A program made the translations under genes and the position numbers. Positions 48,855 to 60,000 of a DNA stretch of 64,000 nucleotides are shown here, one piece after another. Below the pieces are notes generated by a model that had not been told where the DNA came from, searched no databases, and saw only the letters and a program-made list of their open reading frames with translations. This stretch comes from Monocercomonoides exilis PA203 (lineage: Eukaryota; Protista; Preaxostyla): positions 1,116,001 to 1,180,000 of the forward strand of contig LSRY02000029.1 of NCBI GenBank assembly GCA_001643675.2. Direction: 5' to 3'. Numbering within the stretch: the stretch's first letter is position 1; each line of letters begins with the position of its first letter.

Positions 48855-50335
48855 CTACTCGTTTGATCGTTGCTCCCGTTTTCTGCCGGAATCCCTTCCT
48901 CGACTGCTGCTGCGACTGTCGAGCCTCAAGTCGCGCCTGCTGTTTTGATCGTCGGAGCGAGAGCGGCTCCCGCTGCGGCTACGACTTCGACTGTTGCTCG
49001 ACGGACTGCTGCTTGCGCTGCGGTGGCGACGATGTCTGCTTCCACTCCGATGTCTTCCATGTCGATGGGAATGATGATGATGGCGGCGATGACGGCTGGG
49101 GCTATCGCGATCACGTCGCATGCTACCCATCGCAGACGAAGCTCCAGACCCTGCTCCCATCACCATATGCCCAGCCATCCCATGAAGTTGAGATGGATCA
49201 ACATACTTGATCGTAAACTGCTGCTGCCCTCCAGGCCCGCTAACAGGTACAGCAAGCGGTATTCCCAACCCGCTGCTTTGCAACGAAAGAGCAGGAGTTG
49301 TGATCATCCCGTCTGCAAGACCACCGGAAAGCGGAGTAGCAGATTGGAGAAGAGGTGCATGGGATGTGGAATAAGATGATTGTGATGATGAGGGATATGA
49401 ATCACGTGAAATTGCACCCCTGTCTCTGTCAGATCTGTATGATCCTCTATCTCTTCTGTAATCATCTCTATCGCGATCTCTGTCCCGATCTCTATCTCTG
49501 TCTCTATCGCGGTCACGATCTCTTCCCCATTCACGATCCCGCCCCCTGTCTCTGTAGCCATCACGTGGACGCATCCCTGATCTTGTTGGAGAAGTTGAAA
49601 ATTCGACAGTAAGTCGATTTCCTTCGAGCAATGTCTCGTGCATTTCCTTCTGTGCTTTGATTGCGTCATCCAAGTTTCGGAATTGTATTTTGCAGAAGCT
49701 GTTTATCATTTCAAAGTTTATTATTTCTCCAAAAACTTCAAACGCTCTACGGATAGTTGATTGAGATGTATGAACAACGTCAAATCCTACAACAAATAAA
49801 GTGTCACGAGGTACGCTTAGTGCAACCTTTGCTCGCTCACTTTCTCTCCTGAAATAAATGAATTGAAAAATTTTATTCGTAAATGACAAAATAATTATTT
49901 CGAACCTTCTAATTTGCTGATGAGATTTTGAAATTTCCACGTTTACGGGCTTCGTACCGGGACCTATTACGGTTTGTGATAATGCTGAAATTGCACCATC
50001 AACGTCTCCTAGAAGATCAACAAAAGCATATCCATGTTTTAATTCTTTAAGAAAAAATGAAATAAACATAAATTTCCATTCGAATTACTCATGAACCAAT
50101 TAAATATATTTAAGTGATGCATGCCAACTCTTTTTACAGAACCAAAACGAGAAAAAGCATCTTCTAAGTGGTTTTTATAAATTGCAGGTTCAACGCCTCC
50201 AACAAAAAGTGTTACAGGTGTCTCTTCTTTTTTTTCTTCTTCTTCATCTAATGTTGGTTTGTCTTTTGCAGGAGAAGTCCATTCAGCTTGCTCTGGAGAA
50301 GATCTGTCAACACTGTTACTTCTTGATCGAGACAT
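48855..50335 (-). CDS. SR-like splicing factor: two RRMs, (RD)n and RS tracts
   Basis: LFVGGVE..HGYAFVD RRM1, LFVVGFD..FCKIQF RRM2, DRDRDR run, C-terminal SRSRSRSGSRSRS; two introns. Confidence 0.85.
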
Positions 50336-50489
50336 AAATTCACGATTTATACTTAAATGATCATACAATTAAATAAAAAAATTTATTTTTGAGCTAGTTT
50401 TCAACTATTAAGCAGAAAGATATTCACTATTTGAAATAAGTTTATTTTAATAAAACTTTAATCGATAATAACTACTGCAAAAAGCGGTA

Positions 50490-52876
50490 ATGGAAGGTGA
50501 AAGGGTATTGAATTTGCTTAAATTTTTGTTCATATTTAAATGTGTTTTGGTGCAAATGAGTGAAGATTCAAAAGCGTATGATTAATTTTTAGTTTTCTTG
50601 TGATTGCATTTGTGAATCCTTAATTTTATAATCTGTAGTTGGAGATATACCAATATTTAAGTTTAACTCAAAGAGGAGCGGATTCGAAGAAACTTTGTCA
50701 AAGCTACATTTTGCAATTTTTAATTCACACAAAGATACAAAAGAGAATATCGCAGAACTATCTGATTGGAGGTTCATTTTTGAATCTGAAGTTGTTTGTT
50801 CTTTCTTTTTTTTGATAATCATTTCTATAAGAATTAAAATGTTTTATATGCTCACCAACATTCATTAGGATGCACATAAAAGATTCGAATCATTAACGAA
50901 CAGCGATTTAAGATTATGCCTCAAATTCTTGGGTCAATCAACATTTGGTTCAAAAGTTTGCCACTGATTTCAAATAATATTTCTTAAAACACAATATCAG
51001 TAGGATTTATTAATTATGAAACTTTTATCATTTTTTGAAGAATGTGCAAAAAACCCAAAAGAAATACCGTTACAATCAAGAACACTGAATTCGTATTCTC
51101 AGACTTTTGAATTGACAAAACGAAATGAAGAGATGCCAAAAAAATCGCAAAACAATGAATTTAATTTGCCATTAAGTCGCTTAAATAAAGCAGGAAAAAG
51201 CAATTCTCAAAAGAAAGTAGATAAAATAAGAAAAGGAAAAATGTTATTGCAACATGCCAATAGTATTCAAATGAAAGATGTTATCACAGAAAAGATTGAA
51301 AAGCAGAGTAAAGTATTTTCATTTGATTCATCTGATGAGCTTGGCTCTGTGAGTTTTGGCTTTTGTTGCAGTGAAAGCGACAACGAAGACAACGAGCTAT
51401 TTGATAATAAGATCGAAGAGAAAGTTTCTGAAGGACAAAAATCAAACTTTGGTGTGAAAAGGAAACAAAAGCTTTTGGAAAGTGATCAGAACTCGGACAA
51501 ATCTTCAATTGAAATTTCTCCTCCCTCAAAAGTGTTAGGCGATGATTTTGAAAATCCAAAAATGGAAACAAACATACTGAATGATTCTTCAGAAATAACA
51601 GAAAGGATTGAACCAGAAACAGTTGTGCGGCATCAAAGGCGACAATGCCATCCTTTGGACACAACACCCACGCTGTGGCCGCTACCATTTCATCTGTTTC
51701 GACGCGAACTGAGTGACAAACTTCCATCGACGAAGGAACAAAAGGTATTGACGATATTAATCATATGGCAATGTTTCATATTTATTTTATCATTTGCTTA
51801 AAATACCTTCAAATTTCATCATTAAAAATTCAATTTTCTTCTTTTTTTGATAACTTTTTAATTTTTCTTTCTATTTATCTTTCTTTCTTTTTGAAAGGGC
51901 ATAAACACTTTGACAACAACAGCTGGCGAGAAGTGGAGGAAACTGTCAGAAGATGAAAAAGGAGTGTATTACATTCGAGCGAGAGAGCGTGTGGAGAAGA
52001 ATGGCGGAAGATGTCTTGATAAATCGAGCAAACTGAAAGAAGAAGCAATGTCATCTGCATCGCCACGTGCCTCTTCCAGGTCTTCGATGAGATCGAGATT
52101 CAAAAGAAAAGAGCAGCCAGAGCTGAGCTTTGTGAAGAAGCTGACAAGACCAAGCAGAACGAAAACGGCAGCAACGCATCAATCTCGCGAGCTTGTGCAC
52201 AACTACGGCACACGAAAGAATTCGACAGCGAGGCTTGGCGAAGGGAAGAAGACAGCACTGCCACTTCTTGAAAGCGGGAGAAGCAGCAATACAACAAAAG
52301 CTGAAGAGAAAGAAGAAGAAGATGACGATGATGATGATTTCGACTTGTCTTTTCTGACTGATTCGTCGGACGAAAGCAACGAAGCGGATGAAGACAGCCA
52401 TTTTGTTGAGGTTCTTGGCTCGAAGCCGAAATGCGTGTCGTCTCCATCGCAGCTCCCGTTGCAGGCTGCAGTTCCACTCTTTTCGCAGCCGTCTCCTTCT
52501 GTGATAATCGAAGACACAGACACATTGCAAAATATTCTTCGGCCTTCTGATGATGCAATCATGTATCAGTTGCAACTTATATTACAAAATGTATGAAATC
52601 TGAACTTTTAATAAATCTGCTTTTGGTTTTGCTTTTGCTTTGTTTACTATCTTGTTTGTTTATATTCAAAAATTATTTATTGTTTACAATACTTTTTTAT
52701 ATGATCAGTGCAAGGATGGCTGCAATGTATCGCTGCTAGAGTTGAGAAAGAAATTGGAGCATACGTTTTCATTTTCTTTTAAGAGTTACTCAAGTTTGAT
52801 AAAGCAATTAATTATTAAAGTTACTGATTCAATGGAATTGACTGAAAGTGCATATGGACAGTTTTGTGTTACATAG
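50490..52876 (+). CDS. DEK-like chromatin protein with SAP domain, internal HMG box and DEK-C domain
   Basis: Spliced 5' exons give KLGDIPIF..LSKLHFAIF..KENI (DEK N-terminal) and FESLTNSDLRLCLKFLGQSTFGSKDLLIMKLLSF (SAP); HMG box PFHLFRREL..AGEKWRKLSEDEKGVY; DEK-C PSDDAIMYQLQLIL..LRKKLEHTF. Exact first exons uncertain. Confidence 0.75.
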
Positions 52877-53024
52877 TGTTGAACTTTTAATGTTTTATTA
52901 TGCATAAGGAATTTTTTTTCACATATTATTTTTGATATTTTTTTGCAAAAAATGAAAAAATCCAAAAATAGAAAACAAAAATTTTATTTGGTTGCGATCA
53001 GTTTTTTTTTTTTCTTCTTCAAGC

Positions 53025-54472
53025 ATGCTAAATGTTACACAGACGTTAAGTGTGATTTGAATTTTATTACTATATTTTTATCTTCAAAAAATTGGTTTTT
53101 AAGATGATCTGCCTGATGAACTCATCAAATTGTATGAATTGTTTAAAATATGATATTTCTTTTTTTTGAAATACATTTATCATTACCGTTGTCTTTTTAT
53201 TAAAGGATATTTTCAAAATGTGATTTGGAAACATTTATCGTCTTGCAGCAAGTTAATAGGAGATTTAGGAAGATTGGTTCAGTGGATAGGTTTGTTTTGA
53301 TAAATTCTATTTTTAGGTTTTTTAAAAAAATGATTGATTCAAAAGCTTTTGGAAAAAGCATGCACTTACAGAAATTCCTCGATACCGTGCTGTGTTAAAA
53401 ATTAATTTAAATACTTTCTCTTCTTTGATGGATTTTGATGAAGACTTTTCGAGAGCTACGTATTTTGGGCTGAGTCCCGCAGGATGGAAGGCTTCTGTAA
53501 TGTTTGCTTTATAATGTATTGCTTGTTTTATTAATATTAAAATATAGGGCACATTTAAAAGCTCTTTCAACTCCGGCGACTTTGAATGTTCCAACAACTA
53601 CTCCTTCCCAAAAAAAAGCCCATAGAAGGATGAATATTGCAGGAATATTTTTGTTCATAACAATATTACTAACAATTTTAAGTGGAGTAATATTATGTTT
53701 TGCGGCTGAGTATCAATCGCTGCCAGATAAACAACAGCCAATCATTTTTACATTCACGTCATCCGCACTTTTTATAACTGTTGCGCTTGTGACAGCATCA
53801 GTTGGAATATATTTAATGAAGAAGGAGTGCATTTACTTCTGTTTAATGATAATTCCGTTGGTTTTAATATTTCCTGCTCTTCGATTGGATGGAGTTTTTG
53901 GAGCATCATTTGCATACCCATTGATCGGGATAAGTTTATGTTGGATTGCCTTGGCGTCCTTTGTGATATTTTTGTTTTTTGATGCAATGCAAGGCGAATA
54001 TCTTTCTTTTCGATTGCTCTCCCCGTTGGCTTTCTTATGCCTTTTAGCTTCATATATCTTAGTCATCATCAGATTTGACCATGGGATAGAGATTTCATGG
54101 ACTTATTGCTTTATTCCATTTTATGTGGGGCTATTTCTAATAGTTTTGGTCGTAACATTTCTAGAAGATATTCCGAGGATAATGTTTAAAACTTTTATTT
54201 CATTAATGTTGATTTATTGTTTTGTAACGTCCCAACTCGTTTTATTGCCTCTTCGCTTTGACAATTTTATCAAATGGAGCTACTTCTTTGTGTTTTTCCC
54301 TTTTTTGCTAGCATTACTTTGCGGAGGTATTTTCTTTGCTGTTAGCATTTACGATTGGATCAAATATACAAAATCAACTGTGGGATTATATCGCTCATCC
54401 TGTGCAAGTTCTTCTATATCAATAAAAAATGCAGATCTTTTAAGAAAGTGCCTTCAAGAGTTTAACTTATAA
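53025..54472 (+). CDS. F-box protein fused to a multi-pass transmembrane domain (TMEM185/FAM11-like repeats)
   Basis: Four small 5' exons splice to MLNVTQTLNDLPDELIKLIFSKCDLETFIVLQQVNRRFRKIGSVDSFWKK (F-box), in frame with the ~8-TM ORF containing RLDG/RFD..SW..F.P repeats. Confidence 0.82.
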
Positions 54473-54901
54473 ATTGATGAAACATACATCAAATTTACAT
54501 TAGGTTATATTATGCATCTTTTTTGTGAAACAATTTTCGCAGCTTTTTTAATATTCAAAATGAAAGTTTGGAGAATTGCTCACTTCACATTTTTTCTTGT
54601 TTTATGAAAAAATTTTTTTATTTTTTTTTTAGTTTTATTTTTCGTTTGTAAATTTTTTCTTTTTTGCTTTTGAAATCTTGCAACAAGATTTTTGATTCAA
54701 CTATTAATTCCAAAAAATACACCAAAAATATTTCAAAACAAGTATTTTCACAATCAATTCTAAAATTTCAGAATATAATATGGTATGATCAAAGTACTTC
54801 ACTTTTTCACTTCGCATTTAATAAGAGGTTTACAAAAACAGATTGATTTTTTTATTTAAGCGCACTTATTTTATTAACATTTCCATAGATATTATCTGTA
54901 A

Positions 54902-56581
54902 ATGAGTTGCTTTGGAAATAGATTGTCTGGAATTCTGAATGAAGAACATTTATCTCAAATGTCTTGTTCAGTTGCAATTTTTATAAGTCAACTTGAAACA
55001 GATGGATTTGAAGTTGAAGGAAGTTTGACCGAAATGATTATTCACATGTTTAACTTTAAACTCATTTTATCAATTTTTCCGCTTTTGACCAATTCAGAAG
55101 ATATTAAGGAAGAATCCGCAGATTTAATGTTTGAATTTTGGTGATAATAGCTTTCAATAAATCTAACTCAAAAATTAGGTTAGGACATAAACTTATAAAA
55201 CCAAACTTATTATCAATGAAATTTGTAAAAGTTGGGAAGAAGTTGTGGATTCATTCTATTCTTCTTGATGAATCTAAAAAAGAAACAAGCGATTTAGCTC
55301 CAGTCGAGTTTCTGTATGTAATCATTAAATTCATTGCAATTATCAACTTTTAAGAAATTGATGTGAAAATTCACCAGGATAGAAAAGTATTGTTCTCCTG
55401 AAAAAATTGAATTGTTAAAAGCCAGCACTCATCCATTGAAAGAAAATGATGTCTCCAAATTATTTGGTGCAAATCAGACTGAGATTAGAGATTCAATACA
55501 ATCTATTCGATCAAATATTCAAGCATCAATTTCAAGAAAAGTGATTCCGTGCTTTGATGACTATTTAAATCAAATGTATCACAGCTCTTCTTCAAGCGAC
55601 AAAGAAAAAGCATCTTGTGACGTGTGTGGTGGATCATTTGCGGAGTCATCTCCACAATCCGATTTTGAAAAGACTCATTCTTCAGCAACACCTTCTTCCT
55701 CTTCAACATCAATGGCATTACCAAAGCCTATTTCACCAGAAACTCCTCAATCAAGCTCAGCCACTCCATCTTCAGTTGGTAGTGCTGAAGACGATAAGAT
55801 TGATCCAAAAGACTTTTCCGTGATTAATCCATTCAGGCACTTTCCACCTTCAACACAGCGTCTGATCGTACCTCCGCGTATTGGCGATCCGCGAGGGATC
55901 AGGTTTGGTGATGATGACAGACTTCCTGGTATGTCCTATTGCTATCTAATGTGGCAGCTGCTTTTCTTTTGATGAAAAATAATTGAAAACTGTTTTTTTA
56001 AAATTAAATGAACATTATTTTGAAAAGGATTGATATGAAGAGAAGAATGAATTTTTTGTGAGAGTAATTATCTTTTTTTCATGCATGCTCTATCACACCA
56101 TTTTCTTTGTATAAATGTTCGTTTGCGTGCATTTAACTTGCTTTTGTTATTTGACTATGTGTCTTAACATACAATAGGAATGATTGGACCCGAACTTGGA
56201 AGAGGCGGAGGAGGTAATTTGCTTGGCCCGAATCATCCGATGTTTTTTGGGGGCGATGACTCCACTCGATTTGGATCAGATTATAAGGATGAGTCAAGAC
56301 CTGCTCCGTATGAAACGCTTCATTCTTTTTGAAAGAAAACTAACCAAACTTTATTTTATTTTATTTTTATCTTTTCTTTTTCTTTTTTTTATTTTCTTGT
56401 TTTGCTTGAAATCTGTGATTGATGCATTCCTTCAATGTTCAGTGGCTCTATTCCACCAGGAGCTCGCTATGATCCTCCATATCCAGAATTTGGCAGACAT
56501 GGTTTGGGAAGTAATCCACGGAACTTGCATCCAGATCTTGAGCACTTTCCAGGAGGCGGAAGCAGAGATTTCTTCATGTAA
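54902..56581 (+). CDS. PSMF1: Proteasome regulator PI31-like
   Basis: FP-like N-terminal region then FGDDDRLPG, GGGGNLLGPNHPMF, IPPGARYDP, HPDLEHFP, C-terminus DFFM* (TAA 56579-56581); start position uncertain. Confidence 0.85.
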
Positions 56582-57072
56582 CTTTTATTTTTGTGATATT
56601 TGACGTTTGCTTTATCAGCATTTGTGGTTCAGTTTTTCTGATTATTTTTTGCTTTCTTTACTTATTGAGAATTAAAAGAAATACTGAAAAAATATTGCTT
56701 TTTTCAAAATAACATATGCCAATTTGTGATAGTCGAGTAACATGATAACATAAGAGGGGGAAAAAATGTAATGAATCATAAGTGAGTGTTTAACAAATAA
56801 ATCAAATTGAACTGAAGTGAACATACATAATAATATTGTCTGAAGAAAAACTTTAAGACACTTGTTTGCGACAGCGAAAAAAAACAGTTGATAAACTTTC
56901 AAACAATACATACAAAACGTAAATTAATACGCTCCAAAACTCAAACAAAATAGGAAGGAAAGGAATTGCCTTTGGTGCATAGCAATGAATAATTTGCGTA
57001 AAAAAATGATAAATTATTAATTGAAAGCAAATAAAACATATGTAAGTGTTCGTCACAACATAAATATTTCAA

Positions 57073-60000
57073 TCAAAGAGACATAAGGTCGTTTTCAGAA
57101 ATCGGAGCAAAATCTTCTTGTGCCATTGAGCAACTTGCTTTGTTATCATCCGTCATAATCAACGAATCAGTGAAAAATTTGAAGGAGCTTATCTGATCAG
57201 GATCGGGAGATTGAGGAATTTCTGTGTCGAGAAAATGTTCAGAGCAAGGCGTCGAAGGATTAATGTCATCGTCAATCTGGCTTGTGATGTTTGCGCGATC
57301 GCTTTCTGCTTCCTTCTCATTCATTTCACATTCCTTTATTTGAATAACAAACGATGGCTGTTTTATGCTTAGATCTTCAAACTCTTCCATTTCTGTCTGA
57401 TCATCTTTTTTTGATGCATCCTTTTCCAATTCCTTTGCTTTGCCATCAGCAGGTGATGGATCAATCTCTCTCTGAGCTGTCTGCATCATCCTCCGTTTCA
57501 CCACACACACAACAACAACAAGCACAGCAAGAATTACAATCACCGGGATGACTGCAGAGATGACGATGATTGTTGTCAGCTTCGGATTAGAAAGAGGATC
57601 CGTGCTGTTTGCTGTGATACCTTTCGTCAAGTTATTTGGATCAGAAGAATCAGGATTTGGATTTGGTGAAGGATCATCCGCAGAACCGCCTTGATCAGGC
57701 AATAAAGAGCGCTTTTTAACAACACAAGGAAACTCGGTGATGGCACCAGACGCCTGCCATGAATAAATGAGGCTGACTTCCACTTGCTTATTGTCTGAGA
57801 CGGAGGAAATCTGAGCTTGTGGAACATTCACAACAACGATTGATTCATTCACATGCTGCAAAGATGATGACGCAAGCTGTGTCAGCTCTTCTCCATCATC
57901 TCCGGTTATCACAATGTAGATATGCAAAGAACAATCCAGCAGCAGCTTTCCATTAAAAGTGACTTCAATTGTATCTCCTATTGTCTTGTAACTAGAGGAT
58001 GAGACAGATGGCACAAAATATGAAAGTAAATAAGAATTCTGAAGTGCATCTTTCTGATACACTCCATCTGGTAATCCATTTCCAGTGACAGAGCAAGTGT
58101 CACAATTAATCCACAATGAAGGATATGCCGCATCGAGTCCATCCCCACCTGCGATGCTATTAACAACTATCTGCCCATTTCCTGTGCAGATAATGTTCCT
58201 CCGCGCAGAGGGATAATCTATAATTACCGGATTGTTGTCTCTAAACATCCAACTGTTCACAGTTAAGATTCCTCCTTTGACTTTGATTGCTCCTCTCGAA
58301 TGGCCAATGAATGGAGTGTTAGTGAGCTCAACGTTGCTGTCCGTTAAATATGCAAAGGCCGAGTTCCAGCTGCAAACAACTCCATTCTCCTCTACATTTG
58401 CTTCGATTCCATTGTTGTCTTTAAGTCTCAGTGCAAATGCATCTTTCCTGAATACATTGGACTGAGCAGCGACAAGCGACTGTTCTCCATTGAAGCTGCA
58501 GCTTGAGATAGCAACTGAAGAACAATTGTTTATCGTTATTGCATATGCCGTTGAAGCTGGGGAGATCACACCTGAATCTGCAATGCAATTGGTGATAGAT
58601 GTTGTTGATAAGTCTTTAAAGAAACCAAAAGATTTCAGTGCCAGCGACTGAACATGTATATCGCTGAGTTCAATAGAACCAGAATTCAAATAAAAAATTG
58701 TGTAAAATGAAGACGGTATATTCAGAGTGTCGTTGCTTCTGAAAATAGAAGAAGATATCGTCAGAGAGCCTCCAGATGAATAGAAAAGTGCTGCTGAATT
58801 AAGTGAAAATGTAGGCGAAAATACAAAATTGACTTTATCCAAATTGACGCTTGAATCGAAAATAAAAGCATTCTTGTTTACGAATTGAGTTGAAACTAAC
58901 ACATCGCAGCTGATGCTGTTAGCAGGGCTAATGCTGACTTTGACATTGTTGATTTGTATTTGACTTCCATAAGAAACAACCTCGTCCACTTTCAAGACAG
59001 CAGTCGTTGAGCCAGCAGGCAGATCATCAAATGGGATGCAATGACGAATAGCTTCTGATAAAGAGGCGCAAGGAATATCCTCTCCACCACAATATCCGTA
59101 GTTGTTGCTGTAGACCCCGCTTTTTGTGGTTGCGAACACAGTGGAACCTCTTTTGATGAAGAGAATAGGAACAAGATCTTCAGGATTCCCTGGATTTGAT
59201 ATCTCGTCATACATAATGGAGTTAGTTATATCATACGATGGAGATGAAAAATCGATATAAATTAAATCTGACAGATTGTAGTTCTGAAGGCAAAGCAATG
59301 AAATAAACATATCTTTCCCGCAGTTTGCTGCATTTCCATTGAAAGAAACGTCCTTCACAGAGAAAGAGCTGTCAAACGAGGCTGGGCACGGACTGCCTGC
59401 TGCTTGCCCTAGCGTCGCATCAATGTACATCGACCCGCCCCTCCCGTTTGATCCACCAGCCAAACATCGAGTGAATGAGCAGTTTGAAATGGTGGTTTTC
59501 GTAGACGAGGTTGTGATAAACATTAGACATCCACCCATTTGTCCAGAATTGGTGGTGCAGCTTGTGAAAGTGCTGTTTGTGATTGAAGAATCTACAGGCA
59601 AAGTTGCAACATCAACAGCTTCGAAATACAGCAAAGAAGACATCGGAGTGCTTGGCAGAACTTCGACCGAACTGAAAACGCAGCTATCAAATTGAAATGT
59701 TCCACATGCGTTTGGCTCTGCGCTGCTTGATGCACCTGAATATATGATGATTGGACTGTACTTGTATGCTGCATTCAGCGTGGTGTACCGAATTGACAAA
59801 AAGCCTCCATTCCACTGGAACAACGGGAGAGACGGATCGTTCACTTCATTTTCATCGAGTTCAATGCTTATCTGATCAAGTGACATCGCACCTGCGCGTT
59901 GTGATCCGGTGACCGATAGAAGAAACACTGTCAAGAAATATGTCTGTGTTAAAAATGCTTTCAGCTTAAAGCGTGAAAGCAGAAGCGATCCATTTGTCAC

